A DNA stretch of 64,000 nt from Catajapyx aquilonaris (Eukaryota), in NCBI GenBank assembly GCA_000934665.2, contig KZ538169.1, positions 1 to 64,000 on the forward strand, given 5' to 3'. Both the position numbers and the translations under genes were made by a program. The notes beneath the pieces were generated by a model. The model worked only from the letters and a program-made list of their open reading frames with translations, was not told the origin of the DNA and searched no databases. Positions 53,701-59,700 of this stretch are shown here, piece by piece (within the stretch, counting starts at the first letter, position 1; every line of letters begins with the position of its first letter).

Positions 53701-56700
53701 TGCGTCAGTTCTCGCAAGCTTTGGAACACACCGAGGGTGTTTTAATGTGTCAATGCTGACTGGCTTACTGACGTCATCATACTTCTGGTAAGAGCTTGTC
53801 ATGCCTGCAAGTAACTGCGTTCATAAGCTGGCGAGAATCACTCGGATCGTAAGCCCTCTTTGTCAGCCGCTTCTCGCTGAAGCTAAAATGCCTCGTATTC
53901 ACTCCAAAATTCGCCCTCGCAAGCCCGCACCAATCAATCGTAGCGAGAGCCAATTCTCGCCCACACTAAAATGTCACGAATTCGCTGGAATACGCCGGAT
54001 CTCTTGAGCATTTCAACTGGGTTGCCCATTTGCGAGAAACCCCTCCTCACCACGCATTTTCGAATGAGGGTGCACCTATTGGTTCGCTCCACGAGCTTAC
54101 AAGCGGCAGAGTGTGACTCGCTGCCCAAAAGCGGGGATAGCGAGCGTGAAAAATTCTCGCCGCCCATTCCGAATTCGTTCGCGTCAGATCTTGTGAGAAC
54201 AGACTTCTCGCTCTTGCTACGACCGATAAGGTGCGAATACCGGTGTTTTCTAGCAAATTTGAAACTTTTTAGCGTGAGCGAGAACTTTTCTCGCTCTGGC
54301 TCTACTTCAAGAGATATGCGAATTGCATTGAGTTAGCTTATTGTGTCTCTTGTGAATGGTCCTGAAGCGGGCTCATTTGGCGAGATGGGTCAAGTTGTCC
54401 TGACGGGACACCTTTTGTCCCGCCCCCTTTTCGAAAGCCTAATGGATTGGATACGCGTCCGCCACTCTTGCCTATTTATTTATTCATCCGGAGTAAATAG
54501 CGGTCCATCATGTGCACATCATTTGCATAAGTGTGGCCAGTCGCATTAAGGCTGAGGACCCACTTTTTGTGAACGGCCTTGATGAATTATTGTCGCTACA
54601 TTTAGCATATTAGTGTGGAGATTTATTGTGGACAGTTGTTGAGTGTGCGTTTCTTCCTATAGGTGGAGTGCAAGAAGGCGCAGCCTAAGGAGGTGATGCT
54701 GCCGGCCAACTTGGCTAAGAGCCGGGCGGCGGGAAGAGGGGCCTACGGTGAGTTGCTCTCGTCGATCGGGCTGGCCCTGGGGCTGGGGGCGGGCGGGGGC
54801 GGGGGCGGCCAGGGCGGGCATGGGGCGACCACCGGGGGCGGCACCTCGGGGGTTACCTACCGGTACGCTCCGTACTCTGTCCCCGTGGCGCTGGCTCCGG
54901 GTCTGGGCCTGTTGGGGGTTGGCCCCGCGGCCGCCCCCGGGCCGGCCCCCGGTACCGCCCCTGCCTCCGCCACGCCCCTACTGTACGGCCTGTACGGCCT
55001 GGAAGCCGCCGCCACCTGCAAACGAGTACTGGCCGCCCTGGCCTCCTCCTCGTCCTCGTCCGCCGCCCGGGGCGGCCCGGGGGCGGCCCCGACGCTCACC
55101 TACCCGGTGACAGACCTGGCCGCCCTCCAGGGCCTCAACCTGGCCATGTATCCCATCCCCGTCGGGCTCTAACTTCCCCTCGATTGTTGACCACCATTTA
55201 TTTCTGTTTATGGTTTTTTGGATTGTAGCACCATGTACGCTTTAATTGTTGGGGGTCATGTGGACCAATCGTCACGCTTTTTCGGACGCGCTCCGGCCAT
55301 CTTTTTTGCTGTTGTTGATTGTGGCACTGTAGACCCACCACCCCCCCCTATCGGCCCACCAGACAAACAAAAAGTTGGAAGTGAAATGGCATGTATTATG
55401 ATTGCGTTGCATTTTTTGCACTCAAAAGTGGGTCGAAAGTACAGTTCACTTGTTTTAGTACAACGCTTAATTGTTGGCGGGGGTTTGGACGCAGCCCACA
55501 CACACACACACAAAAGTTTTATTGCGAAATGATGTAGTTCCAACCCTGGCTCGTTCCTTCTGGTGAACCGCGACCTTGAAAGCGTTCCGGTCCGATGGGC
55601 TGCGTTCAAATTCGCGCTATTTTGCACGTCATTGTAACGCCCTCTTATTACACACGTTCGGGGCGCCTCTAGTCCGCTACAATACATATCTATTTCAACT
55701 AATTATCTATGATGGGGGAATAGCTCAAAAGCCGGAAACTAAGGAGGAGTGGGGAAGTAGCAGTTAAGTCGGAGGCTATTCTTTAAAAAAATATATAGAT
55801 CGTCCAATTTTTAACAGCCAGTCTGTGATGATGACGATGATGAACGAGGCCACTCAGGCCATATTTATAGTCTCAGTTCCGTTCAATTTTTTCCATCCAA
55901 AATTTGTGGACGTATCGAACCAAATGTCCCTTTAATTTTTGTGAAAACATGAACCGAAAAAAAGAGGCCAAGTACAACCGTTATTTTTGTAGAGAAAGGT
56001 GTGGAGGTGACGTCACTTCCGGCCACAGTATTAAGCGAATTTTTTAGAATATATATTTAACAAATGGCTATTTGTATAGATAGGGGCTTTTTTGATTGGG
56101 GGTGTGAAGTATTGTTAGATTAGGAAAGGCGAAAGGTTAGTTCAAAACGCTGGTCATTTGGAAAAAAAGCAGTGTCTGCACATGTGCAGATACGGTTTTT
56201 TTTTTTCCAAATAGTTTGTACTGTGTGTGCGTTTTCGAATTAACCTGGTTACGCCGCAGTGAGTCCTGGTGGTCTATGAATTCATACATTTAAGAAAATG
56301 CAAACAGCGAAACGGATTTTCTTCCTTAATATTTAATGTTGTAAATCCGATAGACTTGTTTAGGCCAGTACTTAGCTGTTCAGAAGGCGTCCGTTTCGCT
56401 GCGTAATGACTTGTTTATTTATTTGTTGTATGTCATCATCGCAATCGTCATGTGACGTCACGCTACTTGCATTTGTGTCGCTTTTTAAATGGGCTTGGAA
56501 AATGATTTTTTTCTGAGCAGATATGACGTTATGTGTTGGTTCCGAGTCACGTATATTTAATAATATTTAAAAAAATCGTATTTATTTCACAGTATAACTA
56601 TCGGTGTTAATTATACCAACTAATTAGCTATATTAACCACCAGGAAAAAAACGTAAGGGGGATGTGCCAAAAAATTTTGAGAATGAAGAAGACTGTTTTT

Positions 56701-59700
56701 TCTTCTGTAGTCTATAGAGAGAACTTATTTTGAGATTTAGAATATAGAAGAAAATTTTTAAAGAGGAGTTAGTCCATGTAGCTAATACTCAGGTGGTTAG
56801 TGAGTTACTACTACTACTACTAGCATTAATAGCCAGTTTGGTTTTTGGTCCTAAAGACATAGTATTTTGGATTATGTAAGGAAAAGGATCTATGCAAATT
56901 GAGTCTTCCTAGAAAATAGTCATTTCGCTTGAGTTGTGTTCTTTGTTAACTTACATAGTGATAGTTACAGTATAGTTTTTGATACTTTTCTACACGTACT
57001 AGTTCCAGAATATTTTTGTCTTCTTCGATAAAAAAAACAACAACCCATAACGGACTGGGGTATCTTGAAAATACATCCAAAAAAAAAGCATATCACTACG
57101 GTGGTGTTTTACTATTTATTCCTCGTAGATCTTCCAACTGTTGTAACCTCCTAGTCGTAACTAATCTCAAACTATTATACGTCTATATCTACAATTTTTT
57201 TTGGACTGAGTACTGTAGTTACTATGCAGAAAAAAAGTTTTTTGGATCCCTGTAACAAGACATTGGTTATAGAATAAACACTGTTTGGACCGCACTCCGC
57301 TTGTTGTCTTTATGACGTAGTAAAAAGTAGCTGGTTAGTTAGTTAGCTAGTAGTAGTAGTAGTAGTCGTCATAGCCACATAGTTTTAGCTCTAGTTTTCC
57401 TGATCCCCACCCCACCTAATTTTTTTACTAGCACTATTTTTGGGATGTGATTAACCCTTCAAGTGCTTACATAGGACATTCAATTTTTTTTCAAAAGATT
57501 TTCACTTTAAGGGTTAAATTTTTGGTTGGTTTTATTTTCTAGTAGGGTGGAAAACCGTTCTTACGCTGTGTTTTTTCTCTCTTCCGGATTTACAGACTTT
57601 ATGTGGTCCCTGGGAGCACTACCGGACGGTAGGTATCTTCACCTTTTATATTGTTGAGTATGGACTTACGCTGTTTTTCTCTTCCGATACGTGTGTTAGG
57701 TTTCCCAGCAGCGGCGTACGCAGCATACGCAGCAGGCAGAAGCTACTCGGGCTACCCAGGCTTCGGGCTGCCATACCCCGCAGGTAACTTGGCTGCCCAG
57801 GTGCCGCCCATGTGCTCCTCCGCCCCTACTCCGCACCTCCTCATCCCTCTCCCGGTCCACCATTTTGCCATGAACTTGTGATGCGGCGGCAGAGGGCAAA
57901 TTTAAGGTCATTGGTGACCTCTATTGTGCAAAAAAAAAATCCCCCCTTACCCGGGGTCCAAAAAGCGCACTCAGGAAATCGGACGGAAATGGCGGCCAGT
58001 CCAAGATTGTGGCGCTCAGTTTTTTTAATGCGCTAGTTCACATGTTCTTAAATTTCTTTGGGCTTAATTTTTACACTAACGGATATGCTCACTATGGGCC
58101 TTTCTGTTGGTACCGAACTTAGAACCAGATGGATCGTGGATGGTCGGAAATTTGGTGTCAAACTTTCGAGGCGGTGAGCGCCAAGATGGCCGCGTTTCCG
58201 TCCGGCCGTTTTTTTTACACAGTATTAGGAGCTCGGCGTCTGCTCCACGGTTCCTATGTATGCGGGGGCGACCCGGGAAGGGCGATCAAATCCCGCCCCG
58301 ACACAATCGCATGGCCAAATTTTTTTTTTATGTTCACCGCTTTCCCTACAAAAAAACACCGCCATGGAATATTTTGTATGAGTCCCTCTGTACAACCAAA
58401 CAATACCCCCCCTATGTCTTTTTTCATCAAATTGTATGCTTACTGTTAGAGAAGAGCGCTAACAAAAGCGCTTCCGTCCTAGACTTTATATTGCTGTAAA
58501 GGGGCCCCCTCGGAGAAGAGCGACTTGGAAGCGAAAGCGAGCGAGCGAGAGAGACCGAGACTCATCGACGCGACGTCGCCGCCATTTTTGTACAGTGTCA
58601 GAAACATGTATATATCACGGTATCTCCGCCCCTCCCCCTCCCAACTGTTAAAAAACGCGCTCATTGTTGTTGTGCTTTTAAAAAAAATATCGACGCTTTT
58701 AATGTTTATATAAAAATATTGGGGTGGGTGTGGACAACGGACAAAGTGCGGCCATTTTTTTAACGCTTAGAATTAGGTGGAAACATAAACTGGACCAGTG
58801 TTGGAAATATCCTTCCCGCTAACCAATGTGAAGTATTAACAACCCTAGGGAGGGGGTGTGATCTCAGAAACGAGATTTTGTTTGTTTTTAAACATTGTTC
58901 CCCTTTTGCCAAAAAAAACTATTAATAGTGCCAACTTTCCAGCTTGAACTAACTCGTGTGAATCTAGGACTGTGAAAAACTCCCTATCCCGGCTCTCCAC
59001 GACTAGTTAATATTACCCAACTAATAGTAGTTTTAGGTCCAGAAAGTAGATTAATATCCGGATACACCCCCATACCACCACCCTATGAGAATACAATAGA
59101 TATAGTGAGAAGCGAGTCCCCAAAATGGCGGGCGGTGGAACTAATGGCGCCGCCAAGCGAGACGCTCCTGAAGCTGCTTGTGCGTCTCGACCGGAAGCCC
59201 CACCCGACACCAAGTGGTAGTGTGGACGATTCATTTTACGTTTTTTACTATTTACCTATTGTTTTGGTTTTTTTATTGGACGCCCATTGTTGAGAGACAG
59301 TAGAAGTTTTTTTTTATAAATTTTTTTGATTGGCGCGATGCGTCATCCTTAATTTTTTTGACCAATCCCCAGTTGGCGCTAGAGCATTAGGCTTTAGACT
59401 AGACCAGATGGAATAAGGTCTATTTTAGATATTATCGAGCCCATTACTAACTCGGACGCTCCCGCCATACCACCACCATACCCCCCTTGACCTGACCTTT
59501 TGACCCCCCGCCCGCGCCCCGCCCCGGTCATGCAAAAGGGTCGTGAGGTCATGGTGTGACAGTCACTTTCAGGACTACCTCACGCGTAGTTAGTGTTTAC
59601 TTTTTATTGAAAACCCAAAAAAAGCAAGCATTGACTGCTTCCAATCAGTCTAGACCTGGCCTGGTGCCCTGTCACACACCATCTTAAAGTGTGACCTGGG

